Source: an uncultured Planctomycetaceae bacterium (GTDB lineage Bacteria > Planctomycetota > Planctomycetia > Planctomycetales > Planctomycetaceae). From it: a stretch of DNA of 64,000 nt. Below are positions 42,089 through 52,423 of this stretch, piece by piece (within the stretch, counting starts at the first letter, position 1; each line of letters begins with the position of its first letter). Location: contig CAXBME010000007.1 of NCBI GenBank assembly GCA_963976765.1, positions 1 to 64,000 of the forward strand, read 5' to 3'. The translations under genes and the position numbers were made by a program. The notes beneath the pieces are model-generated. The model was not told where the DNA came from. It worked only from the letters and a program-made list of their open reading frames with translations, and made no database searches.

Positions 42089-42226
42089 CTACCTTCGACA
42101 GCGGCAGCAACGGCAGCAACGACAGCAGCAGCGACTTGCAGCTGCCTTCTTCGCTCGTTCTGAAGTCCGTAGCGATTTGATTTCGCGAACGGCCTTCTGC
42201 CTCGTCTGTGTGGCTGAGTTCGTCAT
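42089..42226 (-). CDS. Putative Cys/Arg-rich RiPP precursor peptide (45 aa)
   Basis: MTNSATQTRQKAVREIKSLRTSERAKKAAASRCCCRCCRCCRCRR; GGAGAGG RBS before ATG 42226; directly upstream of the MNIO. The track over-extends it to 42367. Confidence 0.85.
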   Translation of the reverse strand: MTNSATQTRQKAVREIKSLRTSERAKKAAASRCCCRCCRCCRCRR

Positions 42227-42954
42227 GGGGATTTCCTCTCCATAGTGCCTCGGAATTCGCCCCGGCAGTGTTTTCGGGTCGGACACGACCAGGGTGATTG
42301 AGGCATGGCCTTGTTTAACGCCAGCCAGAGAACATCTCAGCCGACGCTCCGGTAAGTTCCGGATCAACGATGGCCTGAAGAAGGCACGAGCGATGCCCGA
42401 ATCGCGAAAGATGAGAATCTGTCGTGCTCTAACCTGTTTCCAAAGAAGAAGTTGCCATGTTGAAAGAAATTCTTTGTGGCACGATCGAAAAAGCCGCTGC
42501 GGTTGTCAGAGCGACCGCAGCGGCAGTCGCTCTGACGACATTTCGAGCCGTTGCTGCCGCATCGCTCGACAACTGCGGACCACGTTTATGCGATCGTTTT
42601 TGAGGCTGAGTAGAAATACGTCGCTGCTGAAATCTGCGTAGCATTCCAGCGAAACTGCGGAAACAGGAACATTCCGGGCAGATGGTGCGTGTCGAGTCGG
42701 TAATGCGACTCTGGATTTGAGTTTACACGCTTCCGGGTTCTCACTATATGTTCGCGGCGTTGCATTCGGGCAGAGACTGCGCCTGTTCCCTGGACGTGTC
42801 TGCCTGTTAATCAGAGGCTACTTTGAATGAACAGAGTCGCTGATTGGCTGGGCGGCGTTGCCTTTGGTGCAACGCTCACTTGCCTGCTCACTACCGAGTG
42901 GCAGCACGATGTGCCACCTGACGCGAATATGAACAATTCCTGGAGGAAACTCTC

Positions 42955-43185
42955 GTGGCTACTGAAGAAAAAGTAATCGGAATCGTCAGCGAACAATTGG
43001 GCGTTCCGAAAGAAGATGTCAGTCGTGAATCATCTTTTGTTGACGACCTGAAGGCGGATTCGCTGGACGTTGTCGAGTTGGTCATGGAGTTCGAAGACGA
43101 ATTCGGAATCACCATTCCCGATGACGACTACGACAAGATCAAGACTGTCGGAGACGCTATTACCTACATCGACGAGAAGAGCTAG
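42955..43185 (+). CDS. acpP: Acyl carrier protein
   Basis: [21 protein letters not shown] motif; GGAGG RBS. Confidence 0.96.
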   Translation: MATEEKVIGIVSEQLGVPKEDVSRESSFVDDLKADSLDVVELVMEFEDEFGITIPDDDYDKIKTVGDAITYIDEKS

Positions 43186-43199
43186 ACTACCTGTTTCAT

Positions 43200-43240
43200 G
43201 AGCCGGCTGAGCCTCTCAAACAGGCATATTCAGCCGGCTC
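43200..43240 (+). terminator. Stem-loop after acpP
   Basis: gagccggctga...tcagccggctc 11-bp inverted repeat; weak U-tract. Confidence 0.45.
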
Positions 43241-43314
43241 GATTTACTGATTCAACTTTGCAATTCCGTGCTGAATTGCTGAAAAGTACGCCCAGTTTCT
43301 GAAAGAATTTCTGG

Positions 43315-44559
43315 ATGGCCAGGCGAGTTGTCATCACTGGAACAGGACTTGTCACCTCGCTCGGGTTTGAAGTTCCCGAGGTCTGGGACAAAATCTGTGC
43401 GGGCAAAAGTGGCATCGGCCTGATCGAGCGTTTCGATTGCTCCGATTTCAAAGTCGGGTTCGGTGGCGAGGTGCGAAATTTCGACCTCACCGAGCATGCC
43501 GATGTGACTTCAAAAGACGTCAAACGAATCGACCGGTTTGTTCAGTTCGCGTTCGCTGCGGCCAGCAAGGCCATTATCAGCTCGGGAATTGACCTCTCAG
43601 TGGGTGATCCCTACCGGCACGGCGTGCTCGTTGGCAGCGGGATCGGCGGTCTGAGCGAGATCGAAATGCAGCATGACGCCCTTTTTGACAAAGGGCCGTC
43701 GCGAGTCTCGCCGTTCATGATTCCCAAGCTGATGGTTAACGCCGCGAGCGGAAATATTTCCGTTCATTGGGGACTCAAAGGACCGAACAGTGCCGTGGCG
43801 ACGGCGTGTGCGTCGGCCACGAATGCCATCGGCGACGCCTTTCGACTGGTTCAGCTCGATATGGCCGATGTAATGGTTACTGGTGGAAGCGAAGCGGCGA
43901 TCACTCCCTTGGGCCTGTCCGGCTTTGCCCGCATGAATGCTTTGTCGACTCGCAGCGCGAATCCGGAAACAGCCAGCCGACCGTTCGACAAGGATCGAGA
44001 CGGATTCGTCATGGCGGAAGGGGCGGGTGTCCTCGTTCTGGAAGAGTACGAACACGCGGTCGCACGTGGAGCAAACATTCTCGCTGAAGTCTTTGGCTAT
44101 GGAATGTCTGCGGACGGAACTCATATGACCGCGCCCGATCCGGAAGGGCAGGGGGCCGCGCGAGCGATGTCTGGAGCACTTCGCGACGCGAAGATGAATC
44201 CCGACGAAATCGATTACGTAAACGCTCATGGAACAAGCACCCCGCTCGGCGACAAAGCAGAAACCGTTGCCATCAAAACAGTCTTTGGCGATCACTCGAA
44301 GACGATGGCCGTTTCCAGCACGAAGAGTCAGATCGGCCACCTGCTGGGAGCGTCCGGCGGTGTCGAATCCGTCATTTGTGTGCAGGCTCTGCTGGACCAG
44401 ACCGCTCCGCCAACGATCAACCTCGACAACCCGGACGAAGGCTGCGACCTGGACTACGTCGCCAACCAGGCTCGGCAGATGCCCATCCGCCGCATCCTGA
44501 AAAACAGTTTCGGCTTCGGCGGCCACAACGCCTGTCTGGTGTTCGGCACCGCTGACTGA
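43315..44559 (+). CDS. fabF: Beta-ketoacyl-ACP synthase II
   Basis: ATACAS, NAHGTST, GHLLGA and NSFGFGG motifs. Confidence 0.96.
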   Translation: MARRVVITGTGLVTSLGFEVPEVWDKICAGKSGIGLIERFDCSDFKVGFGGEVRNFDLTEHADVTSKDVKRIDRFVQFAFAAASKAIISSGIDLSVGDPYRHGVLVGSGIGGLSEIEMQHDALFDKGPSRVSPFMIPKLMVNAASGNISVHWGLKGPNSAVATACASATNAIGDAFRLVQLDMADVMVTGGSEAAITPLGLSGFARMNALSTRSANPETASRPFDKDRDGFVMAEGAGVLVLEEYEHAVARGANILAEVFGYGMSADGTHMTAPDPEGQGAARAMSGALRDAKMNPDEIDYVNAHGTSTPLGDKAETVAIKTVFGDHSKTMAVSSTKSQIGHLLGASGGVESVICVQALLDQTAPPTINLDNPDEGCDLDYVANQARQMPIRRILKNSFGFGGHNACLVFGTAD

Positions 44560-44605
44560 TTGCTGCGGTCATGCACGAAGATGGTTCAGTCGGATTGGAG
44601 TTCTC

Positions 44606-44995
44606 ATGTTTGAGACTGTCAGGCGTCCGATCATGTTCTCGCTGGTGATTTCGGCCGCTCTGACCTTCTTTCCTCCTTGGACTGTTCAGGTTGTATCGCA
44701 TAGATCACCGAACTGGTCAGTCCAAACGAGGTTGTATGCCGGTCGTAGTTTTCTATTCGGAGACGCCGTTTCCAAACCAGTATTTCACTCATGGCTTAAT
44801 GACCGTCGAATACACTACAGCTTTGGTTCTCAATCCATCGATATCAAGAGACTTTGCTGTGAGATCGCATTCGTCTGGTTTGCTGTTTTTGGCGTTTCTA
44901 TGGCCAGCAGAAAAACGATCCAAAATTGGTTTAAAGAGGAATCTACCAGTGACTCTAATGATACCACGGGTGACGCTGGTCGAATTCGGGAATGA
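44606..44995 (+). CDS. Small hypothetical membrane protein
   Basis: GGAG RBS; two hydrophobic segments (FFPPW..., EIAFVWFAVFGV); visibly more AT-rich than the flanks. Confidence 0.5.
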   Translation: MFETVRRPIMFSLVISAALTFFPPWTVQVVSHRSPNWSVQTRLYAGRSFLFGDAVSKPVFHSWLNDRRIHYSFGSQSIDIKRLCCEIAFVWFAVFGVSMASRKTIQNWFKEESTSDSNDTTGDAGRIRE

Positions 44996-45292
44996 AGGGT
45001 GGCACAGCCGGATTGGCTGTGTCGCGCAGCAACAAGATGCTTCATCGTCCGGGGGCGATTGAACCGAAAGCCGTTGTTTGCATCGTGCGTTCACGATGAA
45101 ACGTGCTGTGCCTGCGGCTCCAACCATTCTGGTCGGGCCACTCATTTTCAGCTGAGCTTTCAGCTGCCTTGAAACGGGTTTGGCACCTTCTACAATCCTC
45201 GCCAGTTACGCGATGGATTCCGCCTGCTTGCTCAGCGGGCGATGACGCTTTCCAGAGACCACCCTCACCAGACTGCAGAAAGAGATATTGCG

Positions 45293-45835
45293 ATGACCGT
45301 TCAGATTGGCCAGGCCGCTCCGGATTTTGAAGTTCAGGCTTACGACCGCACCAAAGATGGCACCGACGATCAGTTTTCAACGATCAAACTGTCTGATCTG
45401 AAGGGCAAATGGACCTGCCTGTTTTTCTACCCGCTCGACTTCACATTCGTCTGCCCGACAGAAATCGTTGCTTTCAACAAGGCACTCGGCGAATTTGAAG
45501 ATCGTGACTGCGTCGTCCTGACAGCCAGCACCGACAGTGTTTACTCGCACAAAGGCTGGTGCGACGCTCACGAAGATCTGGCCAGCATGGCCTACCCGAT
45601 GCTCGCCGACACGAACCACAACCTGTCGCGAGACTACGGCGTCCTGATCGAAGAAAAAGGTATCGCGCTGCGAGGCGTCTTTCTGATCGACCCGCAGGGT
45701 GTCACTCGCTGGATTTCGATCCACGATCTGGGCGTTGGCCGTAACGTCGACGAAGTTCTGCGAGTCCTCGACGCTCTGCAGACCGACAAGCTCTGCCCAT
45801 GCAACTGGAAGAAGGGCGACGAGACGATTAACTAG
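45293..45835 (+). CDS. ahpC: 2-Cys peroxiredoxin
   Basis: FFYPLDFTFVCPTE, GRNVDEVLR and LCPCNW motifs. Confidence 0.93.
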   Translation: MTVQIGQAAPDFEVQAYDRTKDGTDDQFSTIKLSDLKGKWTCLFFYPLDFTFVCPTEIVAFNKALGEFEDRDCVVLTASTDSVYSHKGWCDAHEDLASMAYPMLADTNHNLSRDYGVLIEEKGIALRGVFLIDPQGVTRWISIHDLGVGRNVDEVLRVLDALQTDKLCPCNWKKGDETIN

Positions 45836-45842
45836 AGTTGGT

Positions 45843-45918
45843 CGCAGGGGGCGTCTAGACGCACCTTTGGCCCGTTAATGAAGCCTTTGCTTCGAAGTGG
45901 TGCGTTGCGCACCCTACG
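45843..45918. repeat. GTAG-type REP doublet
   Basis: cgcagggggcgtctagacgcacc ... ggtgcgttgcgcaccctacg. Confidence 0.65.
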
Positions 45919-45929
45919 GTGAGATTGCC

Positions 45930-45963
45930 ACGGCAGGCTGATTGATTTCGGCCTGCCGTTTTT
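45930..45963 (+). terminator. Terminator-like hairpin between ahpC and the ahpD-like gene
   Basis: acggcaggc...gcctgccgt followed by tttt. Confidence 0.6.
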
Positions 45964-45985
45964 CAATAGGTATCGGAGTTATCTC

Positions 45986-46612
45986 ATGTCACGCATTCAA
46001 CCGCTGCCCGAATCGGAAGCCGAAGGCAAACTCGAACGCACGTACGGTCGCATCAAAGAGATGCTCGAAGCCGATGCCGTGCCTGAGCCATTTCTGACTT
46101 ACGGTCGTGTCGAAGCTTTCCTCCAGGACTTCTATATGAACTTCAAAAAGTTCGTGTACACCGACGGAGCTCTGGATGCGAAGACGAAAGCGATCCTCGG
46201 CTTGGCAGTCAGCGGCCACTATGGCTGCACGGTGTGGCTCGACTTTTTTACCGAGCGTTTGAAGTCGCTCGGTGCGGAGGATGGCGCGGCGGCGGACGTG
46301 CTGGCGGTGGCGTCAACTAACTCGATGTACAACTCCTTCTTCAAATTTCGAGATCTGAGTGGTTCGGAAGTCTTCGGCGGGATGTCCGTCGGTCTGCGGG
46401 CTCACACATTCATGAACACGTCGCTTGATGACAAGACGGTTGAGTTGATCAACACAGCGATCAGTAACCTGAATGCGTGCAAGCCGTGCACCTCGGGCCA
46501 CGTGACCAAGAGCCGCGATCTGGGAGCATCCGACGATCAGCTTCTGGAAGCCATCCAGTGTGCCTCAACCATGGCTGCCGGATGCAGTTTTCTGAAAGCT
46601 GCGGAAGCCTGA
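45986..46612 (+). CDS. AhpD-like alkylhydroperoxidase / CMD family protein
   Basis: MYNSFFKFR and ELINTAIS.LNACKPCTSGH (E..CxxC..H) motifs; follows ahpC. Confidence 0.8.
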   Translation: MSRIQPLPESEAEGKLERTYGRIKEMLEADAVPEPFLTYGRVEAFLQDFYMNFKKFVYTDGALDAKTKAILGLAVSGHYGCTVWLDFFTERLKSLGAEDGAAADVLAVASTNSMYNSFFKFRDLSGSEVFGGMSVGLRAHTFMNTSLDDKTVELINTAISNLNACKPCTSGHVTKSRDLGASDDQLLEAIQCASTMAAGCSFLKAAEA

Positions 46613-46730
46613 GAAACACTTCCGGTTGCGGCGGTCGATGGTTGCTCGCCCGCTTGAATGTTGGAAAGTGTTGCACAATGATGGCCGTATTCGGCTCGCG
46701 AATGAGCTGCTGATGACTATCAAACTGTAA

Positions 46731-46807
46731 CGCAGGGTGGGTTGAGAGGAGCGAAACCTGCCGCCACGACGGATTTCGTGGCTGCCGCTCCATTCGGTCC
46801 ACCCTGA
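46731..46807. repeat. REP-like doublet
   Basis: cagggtgg...ggagcg ... cgctcc...ccaccctg. Confidence 0.55.
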
Positions 46808-46850
46808 TTTCGTTTTTACACGTCGGAATGACGAACTACTTAAACGTTGA

Positions 46851-48167
<1,317 letters not shown>

Positions 48168-48195
48168 GCGTCGCCGAGTCAACTCAGCTGAATGC

Positions 48196-48237
48196 AACAA
48201 ACAGAAGCCCGCTCAATCGAGTGGGCTTCTTTTGTTT
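48196..48237 (+). terminator. Intrinsic terminator
   Basis: agaagcccgctc-aatc-gagtgggcttct followed by tttgttt. Confidence 0.85.
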
Positions 48238-48351
48238 CACCAGGTCAAAGCCGATGTGGCACGCGACCTGTATCGCGAGAATTCTTTGGTTGGATGCTCG
48301 CGGTTTTCGGTGATAACCTGCCTTGGGCTGCCACGTACTGAGCAGGGTGAG

Positions 48352-49605
48352 ATGATGGGGCTTCTTGATCGATTTGTTGGACCTCCGAGTCAGGATCAAT
48401 TCGCAAAGGCGATCATGCGCGCGTTTCGTGAGGCGGGTGATACTCGCGACTTCGAGTACCAGGCAGACCAGTTCAGACTCGTGGTGCAACGCCCGGACGA
48501 TGAGTCCGACAAGGATGACTCGCCTTCGGAAGAGATTCTCAATCTGCATAACTTTTATGCCGAACACCGCAACCTCTCCCGAGCCCAGCGAAAAGAACAT
48601 CTCAAGCAGGTTGTCCGCGGCGTCTTGCAGGGTCGGATCGAGATGCCGGACGAGTTTGCTCATGCGGCTCCAGACCTGCGGCCCCGGATCTGGCCGCGGT
48701 CAATGTTTGCGAAGCTTGAACTTCAACAACGCATCGAAGGCGGAAAAGGAGTCGATGTGCCTCGCTATCTGGTCGGCAACCATCTTTCGCTGGGACTGGT
48801 TTACGATCTGCCACATTCGATGAGGTCAATTTCCGGAGACGATCTGAAGGGCTGGGACATTTCCTGGTACGAGGCGATGGAAACCGCGAAGGGATCGCTT
48901 TCCGAAATGGAGTTTGCCGTAGCAAAGATCGGCGATCATCTTTATGCGTCGGCTTCTGGCGACAACTACGATGCCTCGCGCCTGATACTGACGGACTTGA
49001 TTCAGCAGATGGAAGTGCGGGGGGATCATGTTGCGATGGTCCCCAACCGCGACACGCTGCTGGTCACAGGTTCTGATGACGAGGCAGGCCTGCAGATCAT
49101 GGTCGACCTTGCCGAGAAAGCATTGGAGGATCCCAGGCCGCTGGGGGCGACTCCGCTCAAGCTGGTTGATGGTGAGTGGGTCGACTGGATGCCTGATGGC
49201 GGGCATCCACTGCGAAGCAGATTTCTCGAACTGGAACGGCGTTTCTATTACCTGGAGTATGCCGACCAGAAAGAGTCGCTGGAGACGCTTTACGCCAGAC
49301 AGGAAATCGACATTTTTGTTGCCACCTGCTCTGCCGTCCGTAATGAGGAAACCGAAGAAATCTTCACCTACTGCGTCTGGCCGGAAGGCATTAAGGCGAT
49401 GCTACCAGTCTGTGACAAAGTGATTCTCGGAGCTGCTGGCCAACCTGGACGTCTGGCTGACTGGGCGAGGGTTCGAGCCATCGCTGGTGAGTTACTGATC
49501 GAAGATGAAACCCTTTACCCGCCACGCTTTCACGTAGCCGATTTTCCCACACCAGCCCAGCTTGAACTCATTGGCGGAGAACCGCTTGGTTCAGATGAAG
49601 AGTGA
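48352..49605 (+). CDS. Hypothetical protein, DUF1444/YtpQ-like
   Basis: LRPRIWP, LVYDLPHSMR, DNYDASRL and MVPNRDTLLVTG motifs. Confidence 0.6.
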   Translation: MMGLLDRFVGPPSQDQFAKAIMRAFREAGDTRDFEYQADQFRLVVQRPDDESDKDDSPSEEILNLHNFYAEHRNLSRAQRKEHLKQVVRGVLQGRIEMPDEFAHAAPDLRPRIWPRSMFAKLELQQRIEGGKGVDVPRYLVGNHLSLGLVYDLPHSMRSISGDDLKGWDISWYEAMETAKGSLSEMEFAVAKIGDHLYASASGDNYDASRLILTDLIQQMEVRGDHVAMVPNRDTLLVTGSDDEAGLQIMVDLAEKALEDPRPLGATPLKLVDGEWVDWMPDGGHPLRSRFLELERRFYYLEYADQKESLETLYARQEIDIFVATCSAVRNEETEEIFTYCVWPEGIKAMLPVCDKVILGAAGQPGRLADWARVRAIAGELLIEDETLYPPRFHVADFPTPAQLELIGGEPLGSDEE

Positions 49606-49969
49606 GCATCCTTTGGTATTCGGCGATTGCTGCGGTCGTCAGCAGGCGGTCGTCAGGCTGCGAGCGAGCCAGCCAGCTTCACTGGTTGTATCGACGTGCC
49701 AGCCTGCATCGTGAGGTGTTAATAGTTTCACGGACTGGTGAGTTTCTTACTTCTGGTGTCCACCAAGTCGGGGCAAACACAATTCTGGACACATTCCCTA
49801 CCGTATCCGCCGGGCAGTTTCGACGATGTTGTTGAATCCTTTGAATTGACCGGAAAAATTGCCAGAGAAGTCGTCTCGCGGTGAATTTTGCTGGCGACTA
49901 CGATTTGCAGCCCCTCCGGAGCAGATTCCTGCTCCAACCATCCCACCTCAGATCGTGAAAGGATTCACG

Positions 49970-50641
49970 ATGATTCGCAGACGATTTCTTCAGCAATGCA
50001 GCATTGCTGGTTCCCTGCTCGCCGCATCCGTCATCTCCGGCTGTCGCGGTACTCAGCACGCTCATATTCTTGAAGACGACGACGAGAACATGGTCGGCAG
50101 CCATGAGGCCGGTGCCAGTGTCTTTGAGCCGCTTGTTCGGAAAGCCGTCCTCGATCTGCTGGCGAAAGAGTCGCCCGGTTCGATTCAGCAGGCTGGACAT
50201 AACGAAAAGGCTACCTACCCGAAGAAGGTCTGTTTCTGTGGAATTGAAAATGCCAGCGCTGAGGAACTTGGCGATTTCAAAGAGCAGATTTACGAGATCA
50301 TCGACCAGCAGATCGTCGAGGCTCAGGTTTACGAACCAATCAGTCGCCGCTTTGTCGAAGCTGGGCTCCGCGAAGGGCGGCTGCGTCCCGACGAACTGTT
50401 TCTGCCCAACAACCAGCGGACCTTCGTCGCGATCATGGAGCAGCAGGGAAACCCGTTTGACTATCTGCTCTTTGCCCGGCTGACATCCGGCACGACTCGC
50501 AGTAACGGCTCTGACTACCAGCGGGACTACCTGCTGACGCTGGAGCTGGTGAATATCCACACGGGTGTCGCTCAGAAGACTTCCGAAAAAATCCGCAAGG
50601 GTTATCACAAGTCGGTGCTCGGCAAGGCAAGGCATTATTGA
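49970..50641 (+). CDS. LpoB-like lipoprotein (penicillin-binding protein activator family)
   Basis: RRRFL Tat-like signal with ISGC lipobox; C-terminal YLLTLELVNIHTG...EKIRK. Confidence 0.7.
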   Translation: MIRRRFLQQCSIAGSLLAASVISGCRGTQHAHILEDDDENMVGSHEAGASVFEPLVRKAVLDLLAKESPGSIQQAGHNEKATYPKKVCFCGIENASAEELGDFKEQIYEIIDQQIVEAQVYEPISRRFVEAGLREGRLRPDELFLPNNQRTFVAIMEQQGNPFDYLLFARLTSGTTRSNGSDYQRDYLLTLELVNIHTGVAQKTSEKIRKGYHKSVLGKARHY

Positions 50642-50849
50642 GACGCCGTCCTGAAATTACTTTCCGATCATCTGTACCATGAATTGAACCATGGAAGGAA
50701 CCAAAAGAACCGGAATCCTCGCAAATCATATTCGCCTGTTTTCATGTGTTCCGTGCCTTTCGTGGTTTAATTCTGATCCTTGTCGTCCTTTGAGTGAAGC
50801 ACTGCATAGCTCTGCCAGCTCGTCCTCTGATCGCAGCAAGGTCGTCGCG

Positions 50850-52196
50850 TTGCACGCCATCCGTTTCAAATCGATTCTTCTGATGGTGGTTCTTGCCGAA
50901 GCACTTCTGGCTTCAGGCTGCGCGACGCATGGAGACAAGCTGGAATCGATTCGTTCGGCGTTCAACGCCGGTCGAGTTGAGCAGGCTGAGTCGATCGTTC
51001 AGCGTGAGATCGCCGCCCGCAAATCCGAAGCAGACGTGTTGAAGCTCGACCGGGCGATCATTCAACTGGCTGATGGACGACCGGCAGATGCCGAGCGAAC
51101 TCTGCGCGAAGTTCGCGATCGCTTTGATTATCTGGAACAGAAAGACGCGGGTGAGTCCGTACTCGCAACGCTGACGGATGACACAAAGCTGGCGTACGCG
51201 GGCGAAGACTACGAAAAGATCCTGATCCGCTGCTTCCTGGCTCTTTCGAACCTGATGGCCGACGGCCAGGATGCATCGGCTTACGCGTTACAGGTTGGCG
51301 ACAAGCAGCGTCAGATCATCAACGCGGAAGGTGATTCGTCCAAAGATAACCCACGGCTGGCTTACAAACGGGTCGCTCTTGGAGCGTACCTTCATGGGGC
51401 AATTCAGGAAGCAACTCACACGAATTACGACGAAGCCGCGCGAGCAATCCAGCTTGTTGCGAACTGGGAGCCGTCGTTCAAGGATGCCGGCGACGACCTG
51501 AAACGCGTCAGCACGGGCCGGCATTCTGAGCCAGGCAACGGAGTTCTGTACGTCTTCACGCTGGTCGGTCGTGGCCCGTACAAAGTAGAGCGGGCAGAGA
51601 CTCCAACGTCGACCGCATTGCTCATTGCCGATCGAATTCTGACCGCCACTTCGAAATACTCGTTACCGCCGACAATTGCGCCGATCAAAGTGCCAGTCGT
51701 TGTGCGAAGCGACAACCGGATCGACTCGATCCTCGTAGAAACGGACACCGGAGCCGCAGGCGTGACAAAAACAATCACCGATGTGGGGCAATTGGCCGTC
51801 GATCAGTACGACGCGATTTTCCCCGAAGTCATGGCGAGAGCGGTCGTTCGACGCGTCGTCAAAAAGGGGGCGATTTACGCGACCAAGGACGCCGCCAATA
51901 TCAACGACCCACTGGCAAGTTTTGCACTCGACGCCGCAGGAGTTCTTTGGGAAGCGAGTGAATCAGCCGATACTCGCTGCTGGGGATTGCTCCCGGATCG
52001 AATCCAGGTGCTGCGTCTGGAACTGCCTGCTGGAGAGCACGTCGTCAAGCTGAAACCCGCCAGCCGGAACGCTCCGATCGGAACCGCCGCCAGCCACACG
52101 ATCGGGATCGAAGACGGTCGCAACACCTACCTGATGGCGAACTTTCCGGAAGACCGTCTCGTCGGACAAATCCTTGTCAGCAACGGTCCTATGTAG
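50850..52196 (+). CDS. COG3014-like lipoprotein
   Basis: LASGC lipobox; YAGEDYEKIL and ADTRCWGLLP motifs; adjacent to the LpoB-like gene. Start uncertain. Confidence 0.7.
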   Translation: MHAIRFKSILLMVVLAEALLASGCATHGDKLESIRSAFNAGRVEQAESIVQREIAARKSEADVLKLDRAIIQLADGRPADAERTLREVRDRFDYLEQKDAGESVLATLTDDTKLAYAGEDYEKILIRCFLALSNLMADGQDASAYALQVGDKQRQIINAEGDSSKDNPRLAYKRVALGAYLHGAIQEATHTNYDEAARAIQLVANWEPSFKDAGDDLKRVSTGRHSEPGNGVLYVFTLVGRGPYKVERAETPTSTALLIADRILTATSKYSLPPTIAPIKVPVVVRSDNRIDSILVETDTGAAGVTKTITDVGQLAVDQYDAIFPEVMARAVVRRVVKKGAIYATKDAANINDPLASFALDAAGVLWEASESADTRCWGLLPDRIQVLRLELPAGEHVVKLKPASRNAPIGTAASHTIGIEDGRNTYLMANFPEDRLVGQILVSNGPM

Positions 52197-52423
52197 CGTG
52201 CGTCTTGACGACACACTCAGCAGATCGAAGCAGCGTCGAGGACACGCTGAGGCATTCGGTCGAGTTTGATTGTCGGGGGGAAGCAATGGACAGAACAGGT
52301 TGACGCAAATCGTGGTTTGTCGGCGCGGAGGTCAGTGAACAATCCTGACGATGACAAGCTCGCTCCAGTCCTCAAGCCGGCTCGTTAATTCCGGAGTTCA
52401 TTTGCTGGTCATGCTCTGTCGGG

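Noticed and set aside
42325..42360. GGAACTT as an ECF sigma -35 for the precursor (minus strand)
   Set aside because: No convincing -10 at 16-17 nt spacing; cannot be supported without TSS data
42227..42367. N-terminal extension of the precursor to 92 aa as in the track
   Set aside because: A strong GGAGAGG RBS sits just before ATG 42226; the upstream TTG lacks one
42294..42641. + strand 115-aa ORF containing SRCGC and SRCCR as a second precursor
   Set aside because: Opposite strand to the MNIO operon, no clear RBS, scattered Cys, and it overlaps a palindrome
42955..44559. acpP-fabF as a type II PKS
   Set aside because: Canonical AcpP and FabF sequences; no chain-length factor, cyclase or tailoring genes
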